A DNA stretch of 64,000 nt, from NCBI RefSeq assembly GCF_009914755.1, contig NC_060927.1; one strand, given 5' to 3'. The DNA is from the human T2T-CHM13v2.0 reference genome, Homo sapiens. The translations under genes and the position numbers were made by a program. The number at the start of each line of letters is the position of its first letter. Within the stretch, counting starts at the first letter, position 1. The notes below the pieces were generated by a model. It saw nothing but the letters and a program-made list of their open reading frames with translations, was not told the DNA's origin and ran no database searches. Positions 30,901 through 48,424 of this stretch are shown in pieces.

Positions 30901-33900
30901 AATATGAAATTACATCAAATATATATTAGGTACATAAAATATGAAAGTACATCAAATATAGATTATATACTGTACATATAATATCAATGTACCCGAAATA
31001 TATATTTTATACTCTACATGAAATATCAAAGTTCACAAACCATATATTATATACTGTGCATAAAATATCAAAGTACCCAAGGTATATATTCTATACTGTA
31101 CAAAAAATATCAAAGTACCCAAAGCATGTATTATATACTGTACATAAAATATGAAATTACATCAAATATATATTTTATTCTGTACATAAAATATCAAAGT
31201 ACACCAGATATATATTCTATAGTGTACATAAAATATCAAAGTACCCAAACTATACATTATATACTGTACATAAAATGTGAAATTACATCAAATATATATT
31301 ATATTAGGTACATAAAATATGAAAGTACATCAAATATAGATTATATACTGTACATTAAATACCAATATACCCCAAATATATATTTTATACTGTACATGAA
31401 ATATCAAAGTTCACACACTATATATTATATACTGTACATAAAATATCAAAGTACCCAAGGTATATATTCTATACTGTACAAAAAACATCAAAGTACCCAA
31501 AGCATGTATTATATACTGTACATAAAATATGAAAGTACATCAAATATATATTTTATTCTGTACATAAAATATCAAAGTACACCAGATATATATTCTATAG
31601 TGTACATAAAATATCAAAGTACCCAAACTATACATTATATACTGTACATAAAATATGAAATTACATCAAATATATATTATATTAGGTACATAAAATAAGA
31701 AAGTACATCAAATATAGATTATATACTGTACATAAAATATCAAAGTACCCCAAATATATATTATATACTGTACATGAAATATCAAAGTTCAAAAACTATA
31801 TATTATATACTGTACATAAAATATCAAAGTACCCAAGGTATATATTCTATACTGTACAAAAAATATCAAAGTATCCAAAGCATGTTTTATATACTGTATA
31901 TAAAATATGAAAGTACATTAAAGATATATTTTATTCTGTACATAAAATATCAAAATACACCAGATATATATTCTATAGTGTACATAAAATAACAAAGTAC
32001 ACAAACTATAAATTATATACTGTACATAAAATATGAAATTACATCAAATATATATTAGGTACATAAAATATGAAAGTACATCAAATATAGATTATATACT
32101 GTACATATAATATCAATGTACCCCAAATATATATTTTATACTCTACATGAAATATCAAAGTTCACAAACCATACATTATATACTGTACATAAAATATCAA
32201 AGTACCCAAGTTATATATTCTATACTGTACAAAAGATATCAAAGTACCCAAAGCATGTATTATATACTGTATATAAAATATGAAAGTACATCAAATATAT
32301 ATTTTATTCTGTACATAAAATATCAAAGTACACCACATATATATTCTATAGTGTACATAAAATATCAAAGTACCCAAACTATATATTATATACAGTACAT
32401 AAAATATGAAATTACATCAAATATGTATTATATTAGGTACATAAAATATGAAAGTACATCAAATATAGATTATATACCGTACATAAAATATCAAAGTACC
32501 CCAAATATATATTATATACTATACATGAAATATCAAATATCACAAACTATATATTATATACTGTACATAAAATATCAAAGTACCCAATGTATATATTCTA
32601 TAGTGTACAAAAAATATCAAAGTACCCAAAGCATGTATTATATACTGTACATAAAATATAAAAGTACATCAAATATATATTTTATTCTGTACATAAAATA
32701 TGAAAGTACACCAGATATATATTCTATAGTGTACATAAAATATCAAAGTACCCAAACTATACATTATATACTGTACATAAAATATGAAATTACATCAAAT
32801 ATATATTATATTAGGTACTTAAAATATGAAAGTACATCAAATATAGATTATATACTGTACATAAAATATCAAAGTACCACAAATATATATTATATACTGT
32901 ACATGAAATATCAAAGTTCACAACTATATATTATATACTGTACATAAAATATCAAAGTCCCCAAGGTATATATTCTATACTGTGCAAAAAATATCAAAGT
33001 ACACAAAGCATGTATTATATACTGTACATAAAATATGAAAGTACATCAAATATATATTATATTAGGTACATAAAATATGAAAGTACATCAAATATAGATT
33101 ATATACTGTACATAAAATATCAAAGTACCCCAAATATATATTATATACTGTACATGTAATATCAAAGTTCACAACTATATATTACATACTGTACATAAAA
33201 TATCAAAGTACCCAAGGTATATATTCTATACTGTACAAAAAATATCAAAGTACCCAAAGCATGTATTATATACTGTACATAAAATATGAAAGTACATCAA
33301 ATATATATTTTATTCTGTACATAAAATATCAAAGTACACCAGATATATATTCTATAGTGTATATAAAATATCAAAGTACCCAAACTATACATTATATACT
33401 GTACATAAAATATGAAATTACATCAAATATATATTATATTAGGTACATAAAATATGAAAGTACATGAAGTATAGATTATATACTGTACATAAAATATCAA
33501 AGTACCCCAAATTTATATTATATACTATACATGAAATATCAAAGTTCACAAACTATATATTATATACTGTACATAAAATATCAAAGTACCCAAGGTATAT
33601 ATTCTATAGTGTACAAAAAATATCAAAGTACCCAAAGCATGTATTATATACCGTACATAAAATATAAAATTACATCAAATATATATTTTATTCTGAACAT
33701 AAAATATCAAAGTACACCAGATATATATTCTATAGAGTACATAAAATATCAAAGTACCCAAACTATACATTACATACTGTACATAAAATATGAAATTACA
33801 TCAAATATATATTATAATAGGTACATAAAATATGAAAGTACATCAAATATAGATTATATACTGTACATTAAATACGAAAGTACCCCAAATATATATTTTA

Positions 33901-34790
33901 TACTGTACATGAAATATCAAAGTACCCAAGGTATATATTCTATACTGTACAAAAAATATCAAAGTACCCAAAGCATGTATTACAAACTGTACATAAAATA
34001 TGAAAGTCCATCAAATATATATTTTATTCTGTACATAAAATATCAAAGTACACCAGATATATATTCTATAGTGAACATAAAATATCAAAGTACCCAAACT
34101 ATACATTATATACTGTACATAAAATATGAAATTACATCAAATATATATTATATTAGGTAAATAAAATATGAAAGTACATCAAATATAGATTATATACTGT
34201 ACATTAAGTACCAAAGTACCCCAAATATATATTTTATACTGTACATGAAATATCAAAGTTCACAAACTATATATTATATACTGTACATAAAATATGAAAG
34301 TACCCAAGGTATATACTCTATACTGTACAAAAAATATCAAAGTACCCAAAGCATGTATTATATACTGTACATAAAGTAAGAAAGTACATCAAATATATAT
34401 TTTATTCTGTACATAAAATATCAAGGTACACCAGATATATATTCTATAGTGTACATAAAATATCAAAGTACCCAAACTATAAATTATATACTGTACATAA
34501 AATATGAAATTACATCAAATATATATTATATTAGGTACATAAAATATGAAAGTACATCAAATATAGATTATATACTGTACATTAAATACCAAAGTACCCC
34601 AAATATATGTTTTATACTGTACATGAAATATCAAAGTTCACAAAGTATATATTATATACTGTACATAAAATATCAAAGTACCCAAGGTATATATTCTATA
34701 CTGTACAAAAGATATCAAAGTACCCAAAGCATGTATTATATACTGTACATAAAATATGAAAGTACATCATATATATATTTTATTCTGTAC
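27910..34790 (+). repeat. Rearranged copy of about 620-7730 in three blocks (offsets 25933, 30401, 27062)
   Basis: Constant-offset landmark pairs (3416/29349, 4549/30482; 1373/31774, 1746/32147; 6199/33261, 7387/34449) plus shared rare variants. Confidence 0.88.
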
Positions 34791-37700
34791 ATAAAATATC
34801 AAAGTACACCAGATATATATTCTATAGTGTACATAAAATAACAAAGTACACAAACTATAAATTATATACTGTACATAAAATATGAAATTACATCAAATAT
34901 ATATTAGGCACATAAATATGAAAGTATATCAAATATAGATTATATACTGTACATATAATATCAATGTACCCGAAATATATATTTTATACTCTACATGAAA
35001 TATCAAAGTGCACAAACCATATATTGTATACTGCACATAAAATATCAAAATACCCAAGGTATATATTCTATACTGTACAAAAAATATCAAAGTACCCAAA
35101 GCAGGTATTATATACTGTAAATAAAATATGAAAGTACATCAAATATATATTTTATTCTGTACATAAAATATCAAAGTACACCAGATATATATTTTATAGC
35201 GTACATAAAATATCAAAGTACACAAACTATACATTATATACTGTACATAAAATATGAAATTAAATCAAATATATATTATATTAGGTACATAAAATATGAA
35301 AGTACATCAAATATAGATTATATACTGTACATTAAATACCAAAGTACCCCAAATATATATTTTATACTGTACATGAAATTTCAAAGTTCACAAACTATAT
35401 ATTATATACTGTACATAAAATATCAAAGTACCCAAGGTATATATTCTATAGTGTACAAAAAATATCAAAGTACCCAAAGCATGTATTATATACCGTACAT
35501 AAAATATAAAATTACATCAAATATATATTTTATTCTGTACATAAAATATCAAAGTACACCAGATATATATACTATAGTGTACATAAAATATCAAAGTACC
35601 CAAACTATACATTATACACTGTACATAAAATATGAAATTACATCAAATATATATTAGGTACATAAAATATGAAAGTACATCAAATATAGATTATATACTG
35701 TAAATATAATATCAATGTACCCCAAATATATATTTTATACTCTATATGAAATATCAAAGTTCACAAACCATATATTATATACTGTACATAAAATATCAAA
35801 GTACCAAAGGTATATATTCTATACTGTACAAAAAATATCAAAGTACCCAAAGCATGTATTATATACTGTACATAAAATATGAAAGTACATCAAATATATA
35901 TTTTATTCTGTACATAAAATATCAAAGTACACCAGATATATATTCTATAGTGTACATAAAATATCAAAGTACCCAAACTATACATTATATACTGTACATA
36001 AAATATGAAATTACATCAAATATATATTATATTAGGTACATGAAATATGAAAGTACATCAAATATAGATTATATACTGTACATAAAATATGAAAGTACCC
36101 CAAATATATATTATATACTCTACATGAAATATCAAAGTTCACAAAGTATATATTATATACTGTACATAAAATATCAAAGTACCCAAGGTATATATTCTAT
36201 ACTGTACAAAAAATATCAAAGTATCCAAAGCATGTATTATATACTGTATATAAAATATGAAAGTACATCAAATATATATTTTATTCTGTACATAAAATAT
36301 CAAAGTACCCCAGATATATATTCTATAGTGTACATAAAATATCAAAGTACCCAAACTATATATTATATACTGTACATAAAATATGAAATTACATCAAATA
36401 TGTATTATATTAGGTACATAAAATATGAAAGTACATCAAATATAGATTATATACCGTACATAAAATATCAAAGTACCCCAAATATATATTATATACTATA
36501 CATGAAATATCAAATATCACAAACTATATATTATATACTGTACATAAAATATCAAAGTACCCAATGTATATATTCTATAGTGTACAAAAAATATCAAAGT
36601 ACCCAAAGCATGTATTATATACTGTACATAAAATATAAAAGTACATCAAATATATATTTTATTCTGTACATAAAATATGAAAGTACACCAGATATATATT
36701 CTATAGTGTACATAAAATATCAAAGTACCCAAACTATACATTATATACTGTACATAAAATATGAAATTACATCAAATATATATTATATTAGGTACTTAAA
36801 ATATGAAAGTACATCAAATATAGATTATATACTGTACATAAAATATCAAAGTACCCCAAATATATATTATATACTGCACATGAAATATCAAAGTTCACAA
36901 CTATATATTATATACTGTACATAAAATATCAAAGTCCCCAAGGTATATATTCTATACTGTACAAAAAATATCAAAGTACACAAAGCATGTATTATATACT
37001 GTACATAAAATATGAAATTACATCAAATATATATTATATTAGGTACATAAAATATGAAAGTACATCAAATATAGATTATATACTGTACATAAAATATCAA
37101 AGTACCCCAAATATATATTATATACTGTACATGTAATATCAAAGTTCACAACTATATATTACATACTGTACATAAAATATCAAAGTACCCAAGGTATATA
37201 TTCTATACTGTACAAAAAATATCAAAGTACCCAAAGCATGTATTACAAACTGTACATAAAATATGAAAGTCCATCAAATATATATTTTATTCTGTACATA
37301 AAATATCAAAGTACACCAGATATATACTCTATAGTGTACATAAAATATCAAAGTACCCAAACTATACATTATATACTGTACATAAAATATGAAATTACAT
37401 CAAATATATATTATATTAGGTACATAAAATATGAAAGTACATCAAATATAGATTATATACTGTACATTAAGTACCAAAGTACCCCAAATATATATTTTAT
37501 ACTGTACATGAAATATCAAAGTTCACAAACTATATATTATATACTGTACATAAAATATCAAAGTACCGAAGGTATATATTCTATACTGTACAAAAAATAT
37601 CAAAGTACCCAAAGCATGTATTATATACTGTACATAAAGTATGAAAGTACATCAAATATATATTTTATTCTGTACATAAAATATCAAGGTACACCAGATA

Positions 37701-40700
37701 TATATTCTGTAGTGTACTTAAAATATCAAAGTACCCAAACTATAAATTATATACTGTACATAAAATATGAAATTACATCAAATATATATTATATTAGGTA
37801 CATAAAATATGAAAGTACATCAAATATAGATTATATACTCTACATTAAATACCAAAGTACCCCAAATATATATTTTATACTGTACATGAAATATCAAAGT
37901 TCACAAAGTATATATTATATACTGTACATAAAATATCAAAGTACCCAAGGTATATATTCTATACTGTACAAAAGATATCAAAGTACCCAAAGCATGTATT
38001 ATATACTGTACATAAAATATGAAAGTACATCATATATATATTTTATTCTGTACATAAAATATTAAAGTACACCAGATATATATTCTATAGTGTACATAAA
38101 ATATCAAAGTACCAAAACTATACATTATATACTGTACATAAAATATGAAATTACATCAAATATATATTAAGTACATAAAATATGAAAGTACATCAAATAT
38201 AGATTATATACTGTACATAAAATATCAATGTACACCAAATATATATTATATACTCTACATGAAATATCAAAGTTCACAAACTATATATTATATACTGTCC
38301 ATAAAATATCAAAGTACCCAAGGTATATATTCTATACTGTACAAAAAATATCAAAGTACCCAAAGCATGTATTATATACTGTAACTAAAATATGAAAGTA
38401 CATCAAATATATATTTTATTCTGTACATAAAATATCAAAGTACACCAGATATATATTCTATAGTGTATATAAAATATCAAAGTACCCAAACTATATATTA
38501 TATACTGTACATAAAATATGAAATTACATCAAATATATATTATATTAGGTACATAAAATATGAAAGTACATCAAATATAGATTATATACTGTACATAAAA
38601 TATCAAAGTACCCCGAATATATATTATATACTCTACATGAAATATCAAAGTTCACAAACTATATATTATATACTGTACATAAAATATCAAAGTACCCAAG
38701 GTATATATTCTATACTCTACAAAAAATATCAAAGTACCCAAAGCATGTATTATATACTGTATATAAAATAAGAAAGTACATTAAATATATATTTTATTCT
38801 GTACATAAAATATCAAAGTACACCAGATATATATTCTATAGTGTACATAAAATAACAAAGTACACAAACTATAAATTATATACTGTACATAAAATATGAA
38901 ATTACATCAAATATATATTAGGTACATAAAATATGAAAGTACATCAAATGTAGATTATATACTGAACATATAATATCAATGTACCCCAAATATATATTTG
39001 ATACTCTACATGAAATATCAAAGTTCAGAAACCATACATTATATACTGTACATAAAATATCAAAGTACCCAAAGTATATATTCTATACTGTACAAAAAAT
39101 ATCAAAGTACCCAAAGCATGTATTATATACTGTACATAATATATGAAAGTACATCAAATATATATTTTATTCTGTACATAAAATATCAAAGTACACCAGG
39201 TATATATTCTATAGTGTACATAAAATATCAAAGTACCCAAACTATACATTATATACTGTACATAAAATATGAGATTACATCAAATATATATTATATTAGG
39301 TACATAAAATATGAAAGTACATCAGATATAGATTATATACTGTACATAAAATATCAAAGTACCCCAAATATATATTATATACTCTACATGAAATATCAAA
39401 GTTCACAAACTATATATTATATACTGTACATAAAATATCAAAGTACCCAAGGTATATATTCTATACTGTACAAAAAATATCAAAATACCCAAAGCATGTA
39501 TTATATACTGTATATAAAATATGAAAATACATTAAATATATATTTTATTCTGTACATAAAATATCAAAGTACACCAGATATATATTCTATAGTGTACATA
39601 AAATAACAAAGTACACAAACTATAAATTATATACTGTACATAAAATATGAAATTACATCAAATATATATTAGGTACATAAAATATGAAAGTACATCAAAT
39701 ATAGATTATATACTGTACATATAATATCAATGTACCCCAAATATATATTTTATACTCTACATGAAATATCAAAGTTCAGAAACCATACATTATATACTTT
39801 CCATAAAATATCAAAGTACCCATGGCATATATTCTATACTGTACAAAAGATATCAAAGTACCCAAAGCATGTATTATATACTGTACATAAAATATGAAAG
39901 TACATCAAATATATATTTTATTCTGTACATAAAATATGAAAGTACACCAGATATATATTCTATAGTGTACATAAAATATCAAAGTACCCAAACTATATAT
40001 TATATACTGTACATAAAATATGAAATTACATCAAATATGTATTATATTAGGTACATAAAATATGAAAGTACATCAAATATAGATTATATACCGTACATAA
40101 AATATCAAAGTACCCCAAATATATATTATATACTATACATGAAATATCAAATATCACAAACTATATATTATATACTGTACATAAAATATCAAAGTACCCA
40201 ATGTATATATTCTATAGTGTACAAAAAATATCAAAGTACCCAAAGCATGTATTATATACTGTACATAAAATATAAAAGTACATCAAATATATATTTTATT
40301 CTGTACATAAAATATGAAAGTACACCAGATATATATTCTATAGTGTACATAAAATATCAAAGTACCCAAACTATACATTATATACTGTACATAAAATATG
40401 AAATTACATCAAATATATATTATATTAGGTACTTAAAATATGAAAGTACATCAAATATAGATTATATACTGTACATAAAATATCAAAGTACCCCAAATAT
40501 ATATTATATACTGTACATGAAATATCAAAGTTCACAACTATATATTATATACTGTACATAAAATATCAAAGTCCCCAAGGTATATATTCTATACTGTACA
40601 AAAAATATCAAAGTACACAAAGCATGTATTATATACTGTACATAAAATATGAAATTACATCAAATATATATTATATTAGGTACATAAAATATGAAAGTAC

Positions 40701-41799
40701 ATCAAATATAGATTATATACTGTACATAAAATATCAAAGTACCCCAAATATATATTATATACTGTACATGTAATATCAAAGTTCACAACTATATATTACA
40801 TACTGTACATAAAATATCAAAGTACCCAAGGTATATATTCTATACTGTACAAAAAATATCAAAGTACCCAAAGCATGTATTATATACTGTACATAAAATA
40901 TGAAAGTACATCAAATATATATTTTATTCTGTACATAAAATATCAAAGTACACCAGATATATATTCTATAGTGTATATAAAATATCAAAGTACCCAAACT
41001 ATACATTATATACTGTACATAAAATATGAAATTACATCAAATATATATTATATTAGGTACATAAAATATGAAAGTACATGAAGTATAGATTAAATACTGT
41101 ACATAAAATATCAAAGTACCCCAAATTTATATTATATACTATACATGAAATATCAAAGTTCACAAACTATATATTATATACTGTACATAAAATATCAAAG
41201 TACCCAAGGTATATATTCTATAGTGTACAAAAAATATCAAAGTACCCAAAGCATGTATTATATACCGTACATAAAATATAAAATTACATCAAATATATAT
41301 TTTATTCTGTACATAAAATATCAAAGTACACCAGATATATATTCTATAGAGTACATAAAATATCAAAGTACCCAAACTATACATTACATACTGTACATAA
41401 AATATGAAATTACATCAAATATATATTATAATAGGTACATAAAATATGAAAGTACATCAAATATAGATTATATACTGTACATTAAATACGAAAGTACCCC
41501 AAATATATATTTTATACTGTACATGAAATATCAAAGTACCCAAGGTATATATTCTATACTGTACAAAAAATATCAAAGTACCCAAAGCATGTATTACAAA
41601 CTGTACATAAAATATGAAAGTCCATCAAATATATATTTTATTCTGTACATAAAATATCAAAGTACACCAGATATATATTCTATAGTGTACATAAAATATC
41701 AAAGTACCCAAACTATACATTATATACTGTACATAAAATATGAAATTACATCAAATATATATTATATTAGGTACATAAAATATGAAAGTACATCAAATA

Positions 41800-42910
41800 T
41801 AGATTATATACTGTAAATATAATATCAATGTACCCCAAATATATATTTTATACTCTACATGAAATATCAAAGTTCACAAACCATATATTATATACTGCAC
41901 ATAAAGTATCAAAGTACCCAAGGTATATATTCTATACTGTACAAAAAATATCAAAGTACCCAAAGCATGTATTATATACTGTACATAAAATATGAAAGTA
42001 CATCAAATATATATTTTATTCTGTACATAAAATATCAAAGTACACCAGATTTATATTCTATAGTGTACATAAAATATCAAAGTACCCAAACTATACATTA
42101 TATACTGTACATAAAATATGAAATTACATCAAATATATATTATATTAGGTACGTGAAATATGAAAGTACATCAAATATAGATTATATACTGTACATAAAA
42201 TATGAAAGTACCCCAAATATATATTATATACTCTACATGAAATATCAAAGTTCACCAACTATATATTATATACTGTACATAAAATATCAAAGTACCCAAG
42301 GTATATATTCTATACTGTACAAAAAATATCAAAGTATCCAAAGCATGTATTATATACTGTATATAAAATATGAAAGTACATCAAATATATATTTTATTCT
42401 GTACATAAAATATCAAAGTACCCCAGATATATATTCTATAGTGTACATAAAATATCAAAGTCCCCAAACTATACATTATATACTGTACATAAAATATGAA
42501 ATTACAGCAAATATATATTATATTAGGTACATAAAATATGAAAGTACATCAAATATAGATTATATACTGTACATTAAATACCAAAGTACCCCAAATATAT
42601 ATTTTATACTGTACATGAAATATCAAAGTTCACAAACTATATATTATATACTGTACATAAAATATCAATGTACCCAAGGTATATATTCTATACTGCACAA
42701 AAAATATCAAAGTACCCAAAGCATGTATTATATACTGTATATAAAATATGAAAGTACATCAAATATATATTTTATTCTGTACATAAAATATAAAAGTACA
42801 CCAGATATATATTCTATAGTGTACATAAAATATCAAAGTACCCAAACTATACATTATATACTGTACATAAAATATGAAATTACATCAAATATATATTATA
42901 TTAGGTACAT
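41800..42910 (+). repeat. About 1.1-kb block duplicated at about 45190-46300 (offset 3386)
   Basis: ORFs 41859 and 45245 share the rare pseudo-peptide markers PDLY, RYVKY, SSPT, QSPQT and YKSTPD in the same order. Confidence 0.9.
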
Positions 42911-45900
42911 AAAATATGAAAGTACATGAAGTATAGATTATATACTGTACATAAAATATCAAAGTACCCCAAATTTATATTATATACTATACATGAAATA
43001 TCAAAGTTCACAAACTATATATTATATACTGTACATAAAATATCAAAGTACCCAAGGTATATATTCTATAGTGTACAAAAAATATCAAAGTACCCAAAGC
43101 ATGTATTATATACCGTACATAAAATATAAAATTACATCAAATATATATTTTATTCTGTACATAAAATATCAAAGTACACCAGATATATATACTATAGTGT
43201 ACATAAAATATCAAAGTACCCAAACTATACATTATACACTGCACATAAAATATGAAATTACATCAAATATATATTAGGTACATAAAATATGAAAGTACAT
43301 CAAATATAGATTATATACTGTAAATATAATATCAATGTACCCCAAATATATATTTTATACTCTACATGAAATATCAAAGTTCACAAACCATATATTATAT
43401 ACTGTACATAAAATATCAAAGTACCCAAGGTATATATTCTATACTGTACAAAAAATATCAAAGTACCCAAAGCATGTATTATATACTGTACATAAAATAT
43501 GAAAGTACATCAAATATATATTTTATTCTATACATAAAATATCAAAGTACACCAGATATATATTCTACAGTGTACAAAAAATATCAAAGTACCCAAACTA
43601 TACATTATATACTGTACATAAAATATGAAATTACATCAAATATATTTTATATTAGGTACATAAAATATGAAAGTACATCAAATATAGATTATATACTGTA
43701 CATAAAATATCAAAGTACCCCAAATATATATTATATACTCTACATGAAATATCAAAGTTCACAAACTATATATTATATACTGTACATAAAATATCAAAGT
43801 ACCCAAGGTATATATTCTATACTGTACAAAAAATATCAAAGTACCCAAAGCATGTATAACAAACTGTACCTAAAATATGAAAGTACATCAAATATATATT
43901 TTATTCTGTACATAAAATATCAAAGTACACCAGATATATATTCTATAGTGTACATAAAATATCAAAGTACCCAAACTATACATTATATACTGTACATAAA
44001 ATATGAAATTACAGCAAATATATATTATATTAGGTACATAAAATATGAAAGTACATCAAATATAGATTATATACTGTACATTAAATACCAAAGTACCCCA
44101 AATATATATTTTATACTGTACATGAAATATCAAAGTTCACAAACTATATATTATATACTGTACATAAAATATCAATGTACCCAAGGTATATATTCTATAC
44201 TGCACAAAAAATATCAAAGTACCCAAAGCATGTATTATATACTGTATATAAAATATGAAAGTACATCAAATATATATTTTATTCTGTACATAAAATATCA
44301 AAGTACACCAGATATATATTCTATAGTGTACATAAAATAAGAAAGTACACAAACTATAAATTATATACTGTACATAAAATATGAAATTACATCAAATATA
44401 TATTAGGTACATAAAATATGAAAGTACATCAAATATAGATTATATACTGTACATATAATATCAATGTACCCGAAATATATATTTTATACTCTACATGAAA
44501 TATCAAAGTTCACAAACCATATATTGTATACTGCACATAAAATATCAAAATACCCAAGGTATATATTCTATACTGTACAAAAAATATCAAAGTACCCAAA
44601 GCAGGTATTATATACTGTACATAAAATATGAAAGTACATCAAATATATATTTTATTCTGTACATAAAATATCAAAGTACACCAGATATATATTCTATAGT
44701 GTACATAAAATATCAAAGTACCCAAACTATACATTATATACTGTACATAAAATATGAAATTACATCAAATATATATTATATTAGGTACATAAAATACGAA
44801 AGTACATCAAATATAGATTATATACTGTACATAAAATATCAAAGTACCACAATATATATTATATACTGTATATGAAATATCAAAGTTCACAAACTATATA
44901 TTATATACTGTACATAAAATATCAAAGTACCCAAGGTATATATTCTATAGTGTACAAAAAATATCAAAGTACCCAAAGCATGTATTATATACCGTACATA
45001 AAATATAAAATTACATCAAATATATATTTTATTCTGTACATAAAATATCAAAGTACACCAGATATATATACTATAGTGTACATAAAATATCAAAGTACCC
45101 AAACTATACATTATACACTGTACATAAAATATGAAATTATATCAAATATATATTAGGTACATAAAATATGAAAGTACATCAAATATAGATTATATACTGT
45201 AAATATAATATCAATGTACCCCAAATATATATTTTATACTCTACATGAAATATCAAAGTTCACAAACCATATATTATATACTGCACATAAAGTATCAAAG
45301 TACCCAAGGTATATATTCTATACTGTACAAAAAATATCAAAGTACCCAAAGCATGTATTATATACTGTACATAAAATATGAAAGTACATCAAATATATAT
45401 TTTATTCTGTACATAAAATATCAAAGTACACCAGATTTATATTCTATAGTGTACATAAAATATCAAAGTACCCAAACTATACATTATATACTGTACATAA
45501 AATATGAAATTACATCAAATATATATTATATTAGGTACGTGAAATATGAAAGTACATCAAATATAGATTATATACTGTACATAAAATATGAAAGTACCCC
45601 AAATATATATTATATACTCTACATGAAATATCAAAGTTCACCAACTATATATTATATACTGTACATAAAATATCAAAGTACCCAAGGTATATATTCTATA
45701 CTGTACAAAAAATATCAAAGTATCCAAAGCATGTATTATATACTGTATATAAAATATGAAAGTACATCAAATATATATTTTATTCTGTACATAAAATATC
45801 AAAGTACCCCAGATATATATTCTATAGTGTACATAAAATATCAAAGTCCCCAAACTATACATTATATACTGTACATAAAATATGAAATTACAGCAAATAT

Positions 45901-48424
45901 ATATTATATTAGGTACATAAAATATGAAAGTACATCAAATATAGATTATATACTGTACATTAAATACCAAAGTACCCCAAATATATATTTTATACTGTAC
46001 ATGAAATATCAAAGTTCACAAACTATATATTATATACTGTACATAAAATATCAATGTACCCAAGGTATATATTCTATACTGCACAAAAAATATCAAAGTA
46101 CCCAAAGCATGTATTATATACTGTATATAAAATATGAAAGTACATCAAATATATATTTTATTCTGTACATAAAATATAAAAGTACACCAGATATATATTC
46201 TATAGTGTACATAAAATATCAAAGTACCCAAACTATACATTATATACTGTACATAAAATATGAAATTACATCAAATATATATTATATTAGGTACATAAAA
46301 TACGAAAGTACATCAAATATAGATTATATACTGTACATAAAATATCAAAGTACCCCAATATATATTATATACTGTACATGAAATATCAAAGTTCACAAAC
46401 TATATATTATGTACTGTACATAAAATATCAAAGTACCCAAGGTATATATTCTATACTGTACAAAAAATATCAAAGTACCCAAAGCATGTATTATATAATG
46501 TACATAAAATATGAAAGTACATCAAATATATATTTTATTCTGTACATAAAATATCAAAGAACACCAGATATATATTCTATAGTGTACATAAAACATCAAA
46601 GTACCCAAACTATACATTATATACTGTACATAAAATATGAAATTACATCATATATATATTAGGTACATAAAATATGAAAGTACATCAAATATATATTTTA
46701 TTCTGTACATAAAATATCAAAGTACACCAGATATATATTCTATAGTGTACATAAAATAACAAAGTACACAAACTATAAATTATATACTGTACATAAAATA
46801 TGAAATTACATCAAATATATATTAGGTACATAAAATATGAAAGTACATCAAATATGGATTATATACTGTACATATAATATCAATGTACCCGAAATATATA
46901 TTTTATACTCTACATGAAATATCAAAGTTCACAAACCATATATTGTATACTGCACATAAAATATCAAAATACCCAAGGTATATATTCTATACTGTACAAA
47001 AAATATCAAAGTACCCAAAGCAGGTATTATATACTGTACATAAAATATGAAAGTACATCAAATATATATTTTATTCTGTACATAAAATATCAAAGTACAC
47101 CAGATATATATTCTATAGCGTACATAAAATATCAAAGTACACAAACTATACATTATATACTGTAAATAAAATATGAAATTACATCAAATACATATTATAT
47201 TAGGTACATAAAATATGAAAGTACATCAAATATAGATTATATACTGTAAATATAATATCAATGTACCCCAAATATATATTTTATACTCTACATGAAATAT
47301 CAAAGTTCACAAACCATATATTATATACTGTACATAAAATATCAAAGTACCCAAGGTATATATTCTATACTGTACAAAAAATATCAAAGTACCCAAAGCA
47401 TGTATTATATACTGTACATAAAATATGAAACTACATCAAATATATATTTTATTCTGTACATAAAATATCAAAGTACACCAGATATATATTCTATAGTGTA
47501 CATAAAATATCAAATTACCCAAACTATACATTATATACTGTACATAAAATATGAAATTACATCAAATATATATTATATTAGGTACATGAAATATGAAAGT
47601 ACATCAAATATGGATTATATACTGTACATAAAATATGAAAGTACCCCAAATATATATTATATACTCTACATGAAATATCAAAGTTCACAAACTATATATT
47701 ATATACTGTACATAAAATATCAAAGTACCCAAGGTATATATTCTATACTGTACAAAAAATATCAAAGTATCCAAAGCATGTATTATATACTGTATATAAA
47801 ATATGAAAGTACATCAAATATATATTTTATTCTGTACATAAAATATCAAAGTACACCAGATATATATTCTATAGTGTACATAAAATATCAAAGTACCCTA
47901 ACTATACATTATATACTGTACATACAATATGAAATTACAGCAAATATATATTATATTAGGTACATAAAATATGAAAGTACATCAAATATAGATTATATAC
48001 TCTACATTAAATACCAAAGTACCCCAAATATATATTTTATACTGTACATGAAATATCAAAGTTCACAAACTATATATTATATACTGTACATAAAATATCA
48101 ATGTACCCAAGGTATATATTCTATACTGCACAAAAAATATCAAAGTACCCAAAGCATGTATTATATACTGTATATAAAATATGAAAGTACATCAAATATA
48201 TATTTTATTCTGTGCATAAAATATCAAAGTACACCAGATATATATTCTATAGTGTACATAAAATATCAAAGTACCCAAACTATACATTATATACTGTACA
48301 TAAAATATGAAATTACATCAAATATATATTATATTAGGTACATAAAATACGAAAGTACATCAAATATAGATTATATACTGTACATAAAATATCAAAGTAC
48401 CCCAATATATATTATATACTGTAC

